DNA of 64,000 bases from Paramoeba atlantica. Its lineage: Eukaryota; Protista; Discosea. The DNA lies in contig CDRNVI010000011.1 in the NCBI GenBank assembly GCA_977017575.1, positions 62,001 through 126,000 on the forward strand, given 5' to 3'. Positions 1-11,725 of the stretch are shown one piece after another. Under the pieces are notes generated by a model. The model ran no database searches and had not been told where the DNA came from. It saw only the letters and a list, made by a program, of their open reading frames with translations. A program made the translations under genes and the position numbers. Each line of letters opens with the position of its first letter. Positions within the stretch are counted from its first letter, which is position 1.

Positions 1-69
1 GTCGTAGTTTCCTCTTTTGTGTACCGTCATCTGTGCTGGAAAAAAGGAATAGAATCTCCTGCAAAGAAT

Positions 70-2025
70 ATGCCAGAGTTCACAGAAATATATATTTGGT
101 ATGCCTCGCATGGCGGAACTGCACGTCGCGTTGCCGTACAACTTGCTGAGAAAATGAAGGAGAACTTTAGAAGTTATTTTGTGTCTAAGCTATCTGAGGA
201 CTATACCCCGCCGGAGTGCAAAGTCCTATCGATTGAAAACTTTGATGTGGAATCTATGACCGGCTCCTCTGTGCTAATCGCTCCAAATACGAAGTCACAA
301 AACGGGTGCACTAATTCAGCATGTACGTGCCAGGAAAGCTCATCGAATGCGAGAACGGATCCTAATGCAACACCCAGATGTTCTGAACACGATTCCACAT
401 ATGAAGTTCACTCGCTGCGGTCGAAATCCCGTGTTACGTTTAACATATTTGTTGTCTCGACTTACGAAAATGGAGAAGCCCCTCCGACGGGGAAACTATT
501 TTATGAAGTGCTTACAGATGCCACGCGTGACTTTAGATTGCCGGCCAATGCATGGAATTCTACGTATTTCGCTGTATTCGGGTGTGGATCAAGAGTTTAC
601 GGAAACAATTACAACGCGTTTGCCAAGAAAGCATTTTCTATGCTTCCGAAGAAGGGTGCTCTACCACTACTCAGTGCTCCATTTCTTTCTGATGAAACAT
701 CTACCGATGAAGATGCACTGCAGTTTTTACGTGGGATTATGAATGCACTTGGAATTTCACAGCCTGTGGTTGGGAAATCTGACAGCTCACTACTAGACGT
801 AAATTCTCCTGTTGATGCAGAAACCGAAGACTCGGATGACAATGAAGAATACGAGGAACGAAAATCCTCTGAGTTGGACATTGAGGACATGGTGGGTGAG
901 AAGGAAACGTCGGAAATGATCAATCCAAGAATTCGAGCAGGATTAACCAAGCAAGGGTACTCACTCTTTGGTACGCACAGTGGTGTAAAACTCTGTCGAT
1001 GGACCAAATCAATGCTTCGCGGACGTGGGGGATGTTACAAGCACACGTTCTACGGAATCTCCTCCCTCTCGTGTATGGAGATGACTCCCTCGCTGGCATG
1101 TGCGAACAAATGTGTCTTTTGCTGGCGTCATCACACCAACCCGACCGCCCGAGAATGGAAATGGAAACACGACAAACCGAGCTTCCTGTTGGACAGTGCT
1201 CTACAGAATCATCGCCGTATGATTAAAATACTTAAAGGGGCACCAGGGGTAACGCCAGAGCGAATGCAACAAGCGATGAAAATTCGGCACTGCGCGTTGT
1301 CTCTCGTCGGGGAGCCCATTATTTACCCCGAGATTAACACGCTGGTGCAAATGATGCATGAAAATGGAATTAGCACTTTTATGGTAACGAATGCACAATT
1401 TCCTGACTGTATTGAACGCCTTACCCCAGTGACGCAACTGTATGTGTCGGTTGATGCCGGTAACAAAACCTCACTCAAGAAGATTGACCGCCCTATTTTC
1501 GAGGACTTTTGGGAGAGGTTTCTTAGCAGTCTTAAAATTTTAGCCGACAAAAAGCAGCGCACGGTATACCGATTGACTCTAGTCAAACAGTACAACACCC
1601 AGGAGCTTGGTGACTACGCCTCACTGGTGGCGGTCGGACGTCCAGATTTTATCGAGGTCAAGGGAGTGACTTATTGTGGGGACTCCGGAGCGGGTGGAGT
1701 ATCCATGGCAAACGTGCCTTATCACGAGGAGGTGATAGAATTCTGCAAGCTGCTGCAAGAGAAAATTGGGCAGAATTATCTTATTGCATGTGAGCATGAA
1801 CATTCCTGTTGTGTTTTGCTGGCCAAGCGGGAGTACTTGATAGAAGGCGTATGGCACACTTGGATTGATTATGACAAGTTTTATAATCTTGCGTTGGGGT
1901 CCGAACCGTTCACTTCTATGGACTACGCTGCCCCAACTCCGACTTGGGCCGTCTATGGGGCCTCTGAAAAAGGTTTTGATCCACTTGAAGTAAGACATCG
2001 AAGAAAGAAGAAGGTTTTGGAGTAA
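70..2025 (+). CDS. TYW1: tRNA wybutosine synthesis protein TYW1 (flavodoxin + radical SAM)
   Basis: N-terminal flavodoxin motifs (YASHGGTA, FAVFGCGSRVY), then CKLCRWTKSMLRGRGGCYKHTFYGI, radical SAM CxxxCxxC (CANKCVFC) and HCALSLVGEP. First ATG at 70. Confidence 0.95.
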   Translation: MPEFTEIYIWYASHGGTARRVAVQLAEKMKENFRSYFVSKLSEDYTPPECKVLSIENFDVESMTGSSVLIAPNTKSQNGCTNSACTCQESSSNARTDPNATPRCSEHDSTYEVHSLRSKSRVTFNIFVVSTYENGEAPPTGKLFYEVLTDATRDFRLPANAWNSTYFAVFGCGSRVYGNNYNAFAKKAFSMLPKKGALPLLSAPFLSDETSTDEDALQFLRGIMNALGISQPVVGKSDSSLLDVNSPVDAETEDSDDNEEYEERKSSELDIEDMVGEKETSEMINPRIRAGLTKQGYSLFGTHSGVKLCRWTKSMLRGRGGCYKHTFYGISSLSCMEMTPSLACANKCVFCWRHHTNPTAREWKWKHDKPSFLLDSALQNHRRMIKILKGAPGVTPERMQQAMKIRHCALSLVGEPIIYPEINTLVQMMHENGISTFMVTNAQFPDCIERLTPVTQLYVSVDAGNKTSLKKIDRPIFEDFWERFLSSLKILADKKQRTVYRLTLVKQYNTQELGDYASLVAVGRPDFIEVKGVTYCGDSGAGGVSMANVPYHEEVIEFCKLLQEKIGQNYLIACEHEHSCCVLLAKREYLIEGVWHTWIDYDKFYNLALGSEPFTSMDYAAPTPTWAVYGASEKGFDPLEVRHRRKKKVLE

Positions 2026-2306
2026 AGTTTCGCAGAACCTATTGAAAGGATGCGCCCGAAGTTTTTAACGTCCGAATGTATTCTCATTTATTGCAGAGAC
2101 CTACTCTGATAATGATGCCGCTTAATTGAAATGCATACATGTACTTTTGTTGCATGCATGTATAAAATTCACATTAAATCGTTTGAAGTCTAATAACAGA
2201 ATGCACTAGGTACAAAGCTGTATAAAGACTTGACAAGAGAAATTAGGGATCTGTTTTCTTGCACTATTTTAGGTTATTAGCTTTACTCTATCCTCTCGCG
2301 AATCGC

Positions 2307-3965
2307 ATGTCAAGCTATTCACAATTTTTCCGACCACGCGATCCTCCACGACACACCCCGGAATACCAAAAACTACTCAAAGCACGGAGCACTAAAAATT
2401 TGGGCGTGAGGTTATTGGAGGCTGAAAAAACTGGCAGTTGGGAGACCTCCCTTAATGTTCTGCGCAATATGCAAAGGGGAAACCAAGACGTACGGGTTAC
2501 AGCATGGCACTACGCGCTTGTTATCGCTGCCTTACTCCGAGGCACCTCTCCTTCCACCCCAAATCGCATGCGAATGGGTGACATGTTACTGGAATATTCC
2601 AAGGAGGGTAACCTCCCTCGAGGCCAGTCCCTTTACCGCACGCTATTTGCGGGTTACCTGGACAGCGAGGATCCACTGGGAGCACTCCGTGTATTGGAGC
2701 TCAGTCGTAAGGAGAACAGTCCGTTCAAAACGAAGAAGCTACCCGTCGTGCTCAGGAGATTGTTTCACAACCTTGCGGTGAGCGGAGAGTGGGAACGCGC
2801 GCTGGGGGTGTTCGCACAGGAAAGGTTACAGAGTTCGGATGCAGCCGTGCGGCAAGGGTTGGTACTGGCATACGCCCATGCGGGACAATGGGAGTATGCT
2901 CTTTGTGGGAGGAATGAATACGTAAAGGACATAGAGTCCAGTAAAACGCCATTCGAGATTTCGGAGGAATGTGTGGGTGTGTGCGAGATGGACCTTCACC
3001 TTGCGCACGCGTTGTCGATACAAGGTAGATGGCATATTGCCATGAATATCCTATCTCGCCGGAAGGGGTATATGGCTTTTCCTGATGAATCTTTTCCTGA
3101 TCGACGAGAAAGAATGAGAAGAATGATCTCGGGAACTGTCTCATATTGCCTACAACATTTGGGGTCTAAAAATCTTTGGAAAGAGTGCTTACAATTAACA
3201 ACTAAGTTATTTTTATCGCATTGGAGGACTGTATTTATCTCTTCTGAGTGGGAAAAGATTCATACTGCCGTCTTAGTCTGCACGGAACACGCCGGGGCAT
3301 GGAGACAAACGTTGCGCTACTTTTTAGATTTTTGTGAGAATTATGAGTCTCCTAGTCACGCTGCACGTGTGGCATTATCTCGATCGTGGCTTGAAGCTGG
3401 AAACGAGAGAGCGTCCCGTAACATACTTGGTGTACAATCCTTTATTAATGCAAGCGAACCAAAACAACATACGAATTCACATCTACCTGTGAGTACTATA
3501 AGGAAACATAACGCACTATTTAACGTGGATCTTTTATCTGATTGTGGAAACGACCGTCTAGACTCAACTTCACTCCCTGTCAATGAGTTTCAGATTCGAC
3601 ATGTGGCTAAATCACCGGAACATACTCCTGAATCTGATATGGGCACTTTGAGCAACACGCATGTCCCCAGGTCGCTGAGAAATCTATCTCATTATCGCAG
3701 TGAGAATTCTCTGTCCGACTCTGGTCGTACATTTCGATCTGGTGTCCAGGGGCTGCGACCCCCTCCCACAGGAATTCATGATTATGCTTCGGGTTGGACG
3801 TACTGGCGGCGGCAAGGTGAGCCCGTACACTATGGGATGCGGAACAAGTATGCGTACAATTTGTCATCCAAGTTTAAGCTCTTTCCGTTGGATAAAAAGA
3901 ACAGATCGTGGTCCGCTTGTTCCCCTCGATCGATGGGACGGCACCATCTACGAGCTGTGTATTGA
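2307..3965 (+). CDS. PPR-like helical repeat protein, probably mitochondrial RNA-binding or mitoribosomal
   Basis: Repeated GxWxxAL helix motifs (GEWERALGVF, GQWEYAL, GRWHIAM, GAWRQTL) and a basic aromatic C-terminal tail. First ATG at 2307. Confidence 0.6.
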   Translation: MSSYSQFFRPRDPPRHTPEYQKLLKARSTKNLGVRLLEAEKTGSWETSLNVLRNMQRGNQDVRVTAWHYALVIAALLRGTSPSTPNRMRMGDMLLEYSKEGNLPRGQSLYRTLFAGYLDSEDPLGALRVLELSRKENSPFKTKKLPVVLRRLFHNLAVSGEWERALGVFAQERLQSSDAAVRQGLVLAYAHAGQWEYALCGRNEYVKDIESSKTPFEISEECVGVCEMDLHLAHALSIQGRWHIAMNILSRRKGYMAFPDESFPDRRERMRRMISGTVSYCLQHLGSKNLWKECLQLTTKLFLSHWRTVFISSEWEKIHTAVLVCTEHAGAWRQTLRYFLDFCENYESPSHAARVALSRSWLEAGNERASRNILGVQSFINASEPKQHTNSHLPVSTIRKHNALFNVDLLSDCGNDRLDSTSLPVNEFQIRHVAKSPEHTPESDMGTLSNTHVPRSLRNLSHYRSENSLSDSGRTFRSGVQGLRPPPTGIHDYASGWTYWRRQGEPVHYGMRNKYAYNLSSKFKLFPLDKKNRSWSACSPRSMGRHHLRAVY

Positions 3966-4242
3966 TTGGCAAAATTTTATAAATAATGGCGAAAACTTGA
4001 AGTGACCTATCGTTCGACCTACCTGCGAAACAAAGTGAAAAAAGTTATTTGTTTGATACGTTCTTACCCTTTTTGACCCACTTTTACTGTAAAAGTTTTA
4101 CTTTTCAATATTTTTCTTGCCTATATTTAGTCAGCGTTGTGCGTAACATTTTTTTAATATATTTATCATTGCGCTGCGCGTTCTTTTTACCTCTTCCCGT
4201 TGCTTGCCAGTTGCATTTGCATACAATTCGAGATCTCTTCAC

Positions 4243-6447
4243 ATGCGGCATTCTATTCCCGCTAATATGAAGATGAAATATTGGCCGATGTTCGTCGACA
4301 ATATCGTAGATGATCAAACAAAAGATTCATGTATCTCTATAGAACTTCCCCTCGAAAATAGGAAGGCGAAATATCTCCGTCGCGAACCGCAGGAACCTGT
4401 TTCAAAAACCTTTGAGCGGATTCGGCTACTTTTTTACAAGGAGAATACAAAAGCTGAAAGTGTGGAGTGCAAAAAAGATAATCAAGACGTGGCATCTGGA
4501 CGTCACAAGAAAAATATAAAAGGCGCGCACGTGAAAAGCGACAAAGACAATCGACTACTTCAGTGTCCCTCGGCTCACGTTTTTCTTCCCGACGAAACTA
4601 CCGAGATCTCGGTTGAGACACACAATCAGGAGGCCTTTGCAGATAGAAATGTTCTTAAAGTCGGGGATTGGTGCTGGCGCGTTCGCTGTAAGGTACCCTG
4701 CGTGAAGAGTTTTATCCCTCCTTCCCGCCTCATAGTGGGATGCCCATGTCTTCCTTTGATTGCCAATAGTTTGAACGTGACGGATCCGAATGTTGACTTG
4801 ACGTGGTCGTGGTCACTGGCAGCTAAAAAACAAAGCGAATCGGATAAAAAAGGCTTCGTGCAGGAATCCAAATATGTTGGGGACAAAGTTAAGAAATCTG
4901 TTCAGCAAAGTGGTCAAGATACCAATCAAGAAGAACATGTTTTATCAGATACTATGGTATATGTACCCACGGAGATTTGTGAAGGTAGTCCTTTAAAGAT
5001 TACGGTTTCGGACCCCAGAGGCCATACAATAACTAAAATTACACCTGTTGTGCGCAGTCCCCCGCATGAAAAACGGCTGTTCAAGTCACTTGTTCCACTT
5101 TCAGGAAAAAGCCTTGAAAAAGGCACGTACTTCCCGGACTTTCGTGTTGTCACGTACAACGTACTTCACGACTCCTACGCAAGCAGCGATTATGCACGAA
5201 CTGTCCTGTATCCTCACGTGAGCGATAGGAATATTGAGTACAGCAATCGTGAGCTTCGCTTGGGACAAGAGATTATTTCTTACTCAAGCGATGTCATCGC
5301 CCTTCAGGAGATGGGCCGTTCCACTTTTTCGAATTACTTTCGACCTTTGTTTCGATCTCTCGGCTACGAAGGCACACACGAGAGTAAAACACTTCCCCCG
5401 CGTCCAGCACTACCCTATCAAAAACTAGAATCCTCTACTCGACAGCTTATGGATGACGGCTGCGCCTTATTATGGAATAAATCGAAGTTCGATTTTATTG
5501 AAAGGGTCACTGTGCCTCTTACAATAGACTTCTTTGATCATACCGCTGTACAGGGTGACCCTCAATGGGAGCGCATCTTACGTCTTATACACACTCACCC
5601 TCGAGTTTTAAAGGCGTTGAGGAATGTCACAACGTGTGCTCTTTTCGTATGTCTACGCTGCAAGGAGTCTCAACTTGAAAACAGACAAGCCACAACTCAG
5701 AACACCGATGTCATGTCGGTTGAAGCCAAGTCGGAGTCTGGAAATCATCCTACGGAGATAATCCTTGCCAATACCCATTTGTTCTGGCATCCTTACGCTA
5801 CGCACATTCGTGCTTTGCAGGCCTACATGGTAGCATACATCATCTCCCAGCTTCGGGAATCTAGATTAGATTATTTGCGGAAGAACTCGTCAAATGCGAC
5901 AACTCCACGCGTTGGCATTGTGCTTTGTGGGGACATGAATAACCCCCCGGACGGGATTGTACACACACTTCTCACCGAAGGGCGTGTGAGTGCAGAGCAT
6001 ACAGACTGGTGTGATTCACTGATCTTCGACTGGGACAAAACGAAAGGTGGGCTAGCCTCCTTAGAAGAAATCGATTTGGACTCCAACCAGAAAGTAAACG
6101 GCGAGTCGAAAGAAATTTCGACAACAATTGAATGTGATGACAATGCAGCTACTTCCAATGGCAAGAAGGAAACCGATCTGTTCCAACTGGACCTTCATCT
6201 CCCGGATGTCCTACCTGCTCTGCGCGATAGTTGTGAACACTGGGGACCCTATGTCTTCACGAATTATACTCCTAGCTTTAAAGCCAGATTAGATTATATT
6301 TTTCATTCATCGAATGAGTTAGAGCGAATTTCTACTTTGGACAATCCAGATGACGCTAAACTGTCTTGCCAACTTGGACTACCGAACGATATTTTTCCCT
6401 CAGATCATATTGCCGTATGCTCGGATTTCAGATGGACTGCTCACTAA
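4243..6447 (+). CDS. PDE12: PDE12/Angel/CCR4-family EEP phosphodiesterase
   Basis: EEP motifs VVTYNVL, DVIALQE, NTHLFW, LCGDMN, LDYIF and PSDH, with a long PDE12-like N-terminal region. Confidence 0.8.
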   Translation: MRHSIPANMKMKYWPMFVDNIVDDQTKDSCISIELPLENRKAKYLRREPQEPVSKTFERIRLLFYKENTKAESVECKKDNQDVASGRHKKNIKGAHVKSDKDNRLLQCPSAHVFLPDETTEISVETHNQEAFADRNVLKVGDWCWRVRCKVPCVKSFIPPSRLIVGCPCLPLIANSLNVTDPNVDLTWSWSLAAKKQSESDKKGFVQESKYVGDKVKKSVQQSGQDTNQEEHVLSDTMVYVPTEICEGSPLKITVSDPRGHTITKITPVVRSPPHEKRLFKSLVPLSGKSLEKGTYFPDFRVVTYNVLHDSYASSDYARTVLYPHVSDRNIEYSNRELRLGQEIISYSSDVIALQEMGRSTFSNYFRPLFRSLGYEGTHESKTLPPRPALPYQKLESSTRQLMDDGCALLWNKSKFDFIERVTVPLTIDFFDHTAVQGDPQWERILRLIHTHPRVLKALRNVTTCALFVCLRCKESQLENRQATTQNTDVMSVEAKSESGNHPTEIILANTHLFWHPYATHIRALQAYMVAYIISQLRESRLDYLRKNSSNATTPRVGIVLCGDMNNPPDGIVHTLLTEGRVSAEHTDWCDSLIFDWDKTKGGLASLEEIDLDSNQKVNGESKEISTTIECDDNAATSNGKKETDLFQLDLHLPDVLPALRDSCEHWGPYVFTNYTPSFKARLDYIFHSSNELERISTLDNPDDAKLSCQLGLPNDIFPSDHIAVCSDFRWTAH

Positions 6448-6904
6448 AAAAACGTACACTTGTCTTAAAAACGCAACTTCTGCGCTACTCATTCGATACA
6501 AAACCAGTCACATTCCATCTTTCCAGGGTTCGAGGTGAACATTCTGTGAGATAGATTTAAAAAAAGATAGATGAAAGAAAAAAAGATTGATTTAAAAAAA
6601 GACGAACGGGGTGTGCTTGTTGCATTAAAATAATTTAATGGGAATTTATATGGGAAGCACCCATAGTACAGTATACTACTCACAATACAGTACAGTATAC
6701 CCCCTTCCCCAGTAATAGAATCGATTTTAGACCAAAATGGCCAAATCCTTGTTATGTACATGTGGGAGTTTATGTGACACTGGATATCCAATGTATCGTC
6801 TCGACTTCAGATCTAATCATTTCTTCTTAGAAAATGCACGCACGTCTATGACTGTTAGTATTTGAGAAAGTATTGCGTACAAAAACCTAAATCGTAGCAA
6901 TCGA

Positions 6905-7240
6905 ATGTTGAATTCACCTGGAACATCGAACCGTCTTAGTGAGCACGAGTCATACGATAATTTGGTAAAAGAATTTAAAGGAGCCTTCGATGACTTAGAG
7001 CTTCTTCGTGTGCACAGTGAGGTATCTGTACTGCGCGCACAAGCTCGAAAGTATCAGCGTGAGCTAACTTTGATTGCAGGAGACATATTGGATTTGCAAG
7101 AAATGGTAATAGAAATGCGCGAAATTTCCTCTTCTCCTTTGCAAGCAGTCCATAGTGATTCTGGCAACAGCGTACAAGTAAGATCAAATATGGGCGAGGA
7201 ATTACTTATGACTCCACATACTGGTTCTCAAATCAGTTGA
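6905..7240 (+). CDS. small coiled-coil hypothetical protein (111 aa)
   Basis: ATG-started ORF on the coding strand with a heptad-like helical segment. Confidence 0.5.
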   Translation: MLNSPGTSNRLSEHESYDNLVKEFKGAFDDLELLRVHSEVSVLRAQARKYQRELTLIAGDILDLQEMVIEMREISSSPLQAVHSDSGNSVQVRSNMGEELLMTPHTGSQIS

Positions 7241-7448
7241 CAAAAAAGAAATTATATAAATAGCATACATTTTGAACAATTTATGTTCAACATAAATTTT
7301 CTTCTATTCTACACCGTACAGTGTATTTCAATTTCAAGAGCTTGGCTTCCGTGCACTTACAGTATTTAGTTTTACGCTTTGCTTTCACTATCAGAGACCT
7401 ATTCGTCTATTATATCTTTTATTAACTTAATTTTCTTAAGAAGAATCC

Positions 7449-10367
7449 ATGTTATCTTCATGTGTAGGATTGAGTTGTCTGCTTCGTGACGAAGATCCTG
7501 CCACGAAACTATTTGCTCTTCAACGACTTATTAGTGGTTCCGACACGTTCTGGCCTGAAATGGTTGAGCTACTTCCCTTGCTTGATGAGTACGCTTCGAG
7601 CACTAGCTATCCGGATCACTTACGAAAACTAGCGGCATTAGCTGTTTCTAAAGTTTACTATTACACGGGTTCTACTGAAAAAAGTGCGACTTACGCTCTT
7701 CGTGCTGTTCCTTGTTTCAATTTCCAGGAGAAAAGCGAGTTTACTGAGAAGGTTGTACATGAAAATGTGCGTCAATACATTGCGCAACGTCAAGCCGCCC
7801 CTGAAACAATTCCACTCGACCTCGAAGCTTTCTTTTCCGAAATTTTTCATTCTTGGAGCTCCCGATCCACCGTGTTCACGATAGAAAATCTGTTCGGACT
7901 TGCAGTATCATCACAGCGCCTCGATCTTCTTCAAGCACTACTTGGAGATCATTTGCGTAGAACAGGGAACATGACCATCTTGAAAACATGTGCTGAAATA
8001 GCGAATACACACGCCCCGAGCCTCACGTTTCGAAGTGAGGTCATTCGCACGCTAGCTCACATGTACCGCACGGACACCAATCAACGCGATCTGTTTCCTC
8101 TTCTGCAGTGTCTCATATTCTTAAAGGAGACCTCTGCCGTAGCAGAGTTACTGTCTTACCTATTTGAATCTCATGAATCCTCGAAAAAAGTTATCGCAAT
8201 GCAACTTGCATTCCAGATTTCTGAGCTTTGCAAACAGGAATTTACATCTTCGATCATTGTAGACCTTGAAAAAATCATTGAAAATGATATGAGTAAAGGC
8301 GAAAAGTACGCCAAACTTTTGCGTATTTTACGAGGAAGAGCTAGTTCTGACTTGTATCTACAGTTTCTGAGTGAAAAGAACACTGCGGATGTTGGCATTC
8401 TTGTAGCCGCCAAGAAACAGGCCGACGGAAGTAATAGTGTTACACACAACGCTGTGGTCCTCGCACACGCCATGATGTATTGTGGAACCACTGTGGACAA
8501 ATTTCTACGAGATAATCTCACTTGGCTCGCGAAAAGTTCTAATTGGGCAAAGTTTGCCGCAACGGCGAGCGTAGGGATTGTCCACAGAGGCAATATTGGT
8601 CAAGGGATGAAAATACTGGGTCCCTACCTTCCTAAAGCCGCGATTAAAAGTCCTTACCAGGAAGGCGGCGCTCTTCTTGGTCTGGGATTGATATCTGCCC
8701 CGCTGGGCGTCTTTGCGAGCATTCAATCCGAACCGGAAAAAGAGACAGACACAGTTGAGTATCTCTCCAACGCGTTACGAAACTACTCCAGTTTTGAGCC
8801 TGTCATACACGGCGCGGCGCTGGGTCTGGGCTTAACTGCCATGGGTTCCTTTAGTACCGAGCTCTCGGACGTTCTTCTCGCGCTCCTGGGAAGCAGTGAT
8901 GCGGTTGCTGGAGAGGGTTGTGCAATTGCTTGTGGGCTCGTCATGCTTGGCAGTGCCCACACGGAGACCGCCACAACTCTACTCACAATTGCACGCGAAA
9001 AAGACCAAAAAGAAAAAGTAATACGCGGATGTTCCATGTCTGTTGCGCTGGTGATGTTTGGCCAGGAGGAGCGAGCCTTGACGTGGGCTGAGCAGCTCCT
9101 CGTTGATCGCGACCACTGGGTGCGAATGGGGGGCTGTATGACGCTCGCACTCGCGTTTGCTGGAACAGGGAACATGGAGCATATCCAGCGTCTCCTTCGC
9201 TGTAGTATCTCTGAAACCTCCAATGATGTGCGCCGTACCGCTTTGATTTGCGTTGGTTTTCTTACGCTGCGCGATCCCGGAGTCACGTGCCGAGTCCTTG
9301 GCATCCTCCAGGATAGTTACAACCCTCACGTGCGTTATGGTATTGCGCTCGCTGTGGGCATCGCGGCCGCCGGAAGCGGGCACTCAGAATCTGTAAAGCT
9401 ACTTTTCAACATGACCAACGACACTTGTGATTTTGTCCGCCAGGGAGCCACCCTGGCTCTCTCCATGGTACTTGTGCAAAAATCCAGTGCATTGTGCGAA
9501 ATGAATGCGGAAGGCGTTAAGGGTGTCTCCAAAAATCCGGTGGAAGACTTTCGCACTCTTCTTTCGTCGCGTGTAAATGACCGACACGTAGACACGTGCA
9601 CGAAATTCGGAAGCATTATCGCTCTGGGGATTATTGATGCAGGAGGGCGGAATGCTACTTTTCGTGTGGTAAAGGAGGGGCACATGCTGACAAAATCGAT
9701 AGTGGCTTTGTTTCTCTTCTCGCAATATTGGTTTTGGTTTCCGAATCTGTTATTTCTCTCCCAAGCCATGTTGCCTACATGTTTCATTGGAGTAGATTCT
9801 GATTTAAAGGTTCCTGATTACACAATGCAGTCTAATGCTCCACCTTCTCGTTTCGCTCCTCCGAAATCACTAAAGACACAAAAAAAGAAGGAGAAGCAAC
9901 GGCATAAAGAGGTGCAGCTCTCTATCTCCAAGAAGAAAATAGTGCAGGATGAGCAATCGAACGACACCATAGATAGCCTAAAAGGGAAGCAGGATTCAAC
10001 TTCTATGGAAGTGGATGAAAAGGCTGAAGCCGTAGTACCCAGTTCTAGTCAACATTCAAAAGCTACAAAAGAAAGCATGGAGGTCGATCATCCAACCATA
10101 GAAAACGATAAAAACGTCGAAGAAGTCGATTCTGTCAAGCATTCGGGAGCAAATATAGAACCTACGTATGAAATATTGCACAACCCCGCGCGCGTTCTGC
10201 CTGAGCAGTTTGCGTTACTTGACTTCAGTCTGCATGACAAATATGAACCGATACAAAGTAATATTACTGGCATCTGTATGTTAGTAGAAAAGAGTTCTGA
10301 AGGAAATACAGAAGTAGTGGGTCACAAGTCCGCCGATACTAGCAATTCTCTTACTACGACAGAGTAG
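7449..10367 (+). CDS. RPN2: 26S proteasome regulatory subunit RPN2/PSMD1
   Basis: PC repeats, NWAKFAATASVG, SYNPHVRYG, DFVRQGA, QYWFWFP and the C-terminal NPARV motif. Confidence 0.95.
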   Translation: MLSSCVGLSCLLRDEDPATKLFALQRLISGSDTFWPEMVELLPLLDEYASSTSYPDHLRKLAALAVSKVYYYTGSTEKSATYALRAVPCFNFQEKSEFTEKVVHENVRQYIAQRQAAPETIPLDLEAFFSEIFHSWSSRSTVFTIENLFGLAVSSQRLDLLQALLGDHLRRTGNMTILKTCAEIANTHAPSLTFRSEVIRTLAHMYRTDTNQRDLFPLLQCLIFLKETSAVAELLSYLFESHESSKKVIAMQLAFQISELCKQEFTSSIIVDLEKIIENDMSKGEKYAKLLRILRGRASSDLYLQFLSEKNTADVGILVAAKKQADGSNSVTHNAVVLAHAMMYCGTTVDKFLRDNLTWLAKSSNWAKFAATASVGIVHRGNIGQGMKILGPYLPKAAIKSPYQEGGALLGLGLISAPLGVFASIQSEPEKETDTVEYLSNALRNYSSFEPVIHGAALGLGLTAMGSFSTELSDVLLALLGSSDAVAGEGCAIACGLVMLGSAHTETATTLLTIAREKDQKEKVIRGCSMSVALVMFGQEERALTWAEQLLVDRDHWVRMGGCMTLALAFAGTGNMEHIQRLLRCSISETSNDVRRTALICVGFLTLRDPGVTCRVLGILQDSYNPHVRYGIALAVGIAAAGSGHSESVKLLFNMTNDTCDFVRQGATLALSMVLVQKSSALCEMNAEGVKGVSKNPVEDFRTLLSSRVNDRHVDTCTKFGSIIALGIIDAGGRNATFRVVKEGHMLTKSIVALFLFSQYWFWFPNLLFLSQAMLPTCFIGVDSDLKVPDYTMQSNAPPSRFAPPKSLKTQKKKEKQRHKEVQLSISKKKIVQDEQSNDTIDSLKGKQDSTSMEVDEKAEAVVPSSSQHSKATKESMEVDHPTIENDKNVEEVDSVKHSGANIEPTYEILHNPARVLPEQFALLDFSLHDKYEPIQSNITGICMLVEKSSEGNTEVVGHKSADTSNSLTTTE

Positions 10368-10806
10368 AGATTTGGTCATGTCAAAGAAGCAACTATGAAC
10401 CAATGTAAATGCACCATTTGCAACCAAATGCAACATTTGCAACACGAAAAAAATCAAAATTTGTTCATTTACATCTACTAGCACGGTTTAATCATTATCG
10501 TGTTTAACGAGACATCTGTATGTATTCACGAGAACCTCTCAGAGGAGATACTATGCTTTAAGAACAAGAAAATTATTTAGAATGGCACACTATGTGATTC
10601 AGCTTGCGAATTCCTATCCTTTATTCGTGTACCTTGTCCTTCATTCATGCAGTAAAGTTTGTACTAAAATAGTTGCACGCAGTACATCATCCTCGGAATC
10701 TTATGTTTAATATTCTGTTTTCTTGAGGTATAGGCAACTGTTCGTTTTCTTGAAAAGTTAAATAACTATACAAAGAGAAATCTACTCTCATTAATATTTG
10801 CTAACC

Positions 10807-11499
10807 ATGTCATACAAGTCGTCTCTCCTTCCGGGTCAAATACTCTGGAGAAAATTATTTCCGGCGTTCCCTACCTGTTCAACTCTTGGAGAGAGCACAT
10901 CCCCGAATGAACATCCCGCTGACGCACATGTTGATGGTGCAGCGACAGATTCTGGTCAATCCCCAGACCGGAGTATAAAATCCGCGCGCTCCTTTTTCCC
11001 TATTTTACCGGAATATAACGATTTGCTTCACAAAAACTGTGAATACGATATTAATGGGACACCTTTGACATTGCGTCACTTTACCATACTCCTTCTCTCC
11101 TCTTTTGATCCCATTGAACACACCATATATTATGAGAAAGCGTTGGACGATCATCGCTATTACACAAGCGGACAGTGGAAAATTCAGCACGCGTCCCCGT
11201 TTATGGGCTGGGTTCCTGCTGAAAACAACCACAGCGTTATTACTCTGCCGTATGGGGCTTATTTTTCCACGGACGCATCGAAACTACGTAGCCTACGAAT
11301 GGTTTCCCCCTATGTTCGGTGTTTGTTAGAGTCCGGCATGCCTCCTAAACTGCTCCCCGCACTACAAAATCTGGAAAGCGTACGCATGCTGTGTGCTCTA
11401 CGTGGCATTGGGGTTAGACCCGAAGTAATTACCTACAATGCTCTCCTTGGTGCCGCACACAAACCAGCTACCTGGGGTCAAGCACTAGGCATTGCCTAA
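10807..11499 (+). CDS. hypothetical protein ending in a single PPR-like motif
   Basis: C-terminus GVRPEVITYNALLGAAHKPATWGQAL matches PPR consensus. First ATG at 10807. Confidence 0.5.
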   Translation: MSYKSSLLPGQILWRKLFPAFPTCSTLGESTSPNEHPADAHVDGAATDSGQSPDRSIKSARSFFPILPEYNDLLHKNCEYDINGTPLTLRHFTILLLSSFDPIEHTIYYEKALDDHRYYTSGQWKIQHASPFMGWVPAENNHSVITLPYGAYFSTDASKLRSLRMVSPYVRCLLESGMPPKLLPALQNLESVRMLCALRGIGVRPEVITYNALLGAAHKPATWGQALGIA

Positions 11500-11725
11500 G
11501 GCATACTTCCTGCCTTTTACGCGACCCGGAGTACCAAAAAGAGAAACCTACATGTTCAAGTTTATACTTTTTCCTCCATCGCATTTGTAAACCCAACACC
11601 ATCCTTCTTTCTTATTTTCCAAAAAAAAAGGATTTAACATCCGAAAAACGCATGTAAAATGCACAAAAAACGAACCCGGTCCTTTTCCTGTTTTATCTAC
11701 CCTCCCCTTCCCCCTCCTTTCCTCC

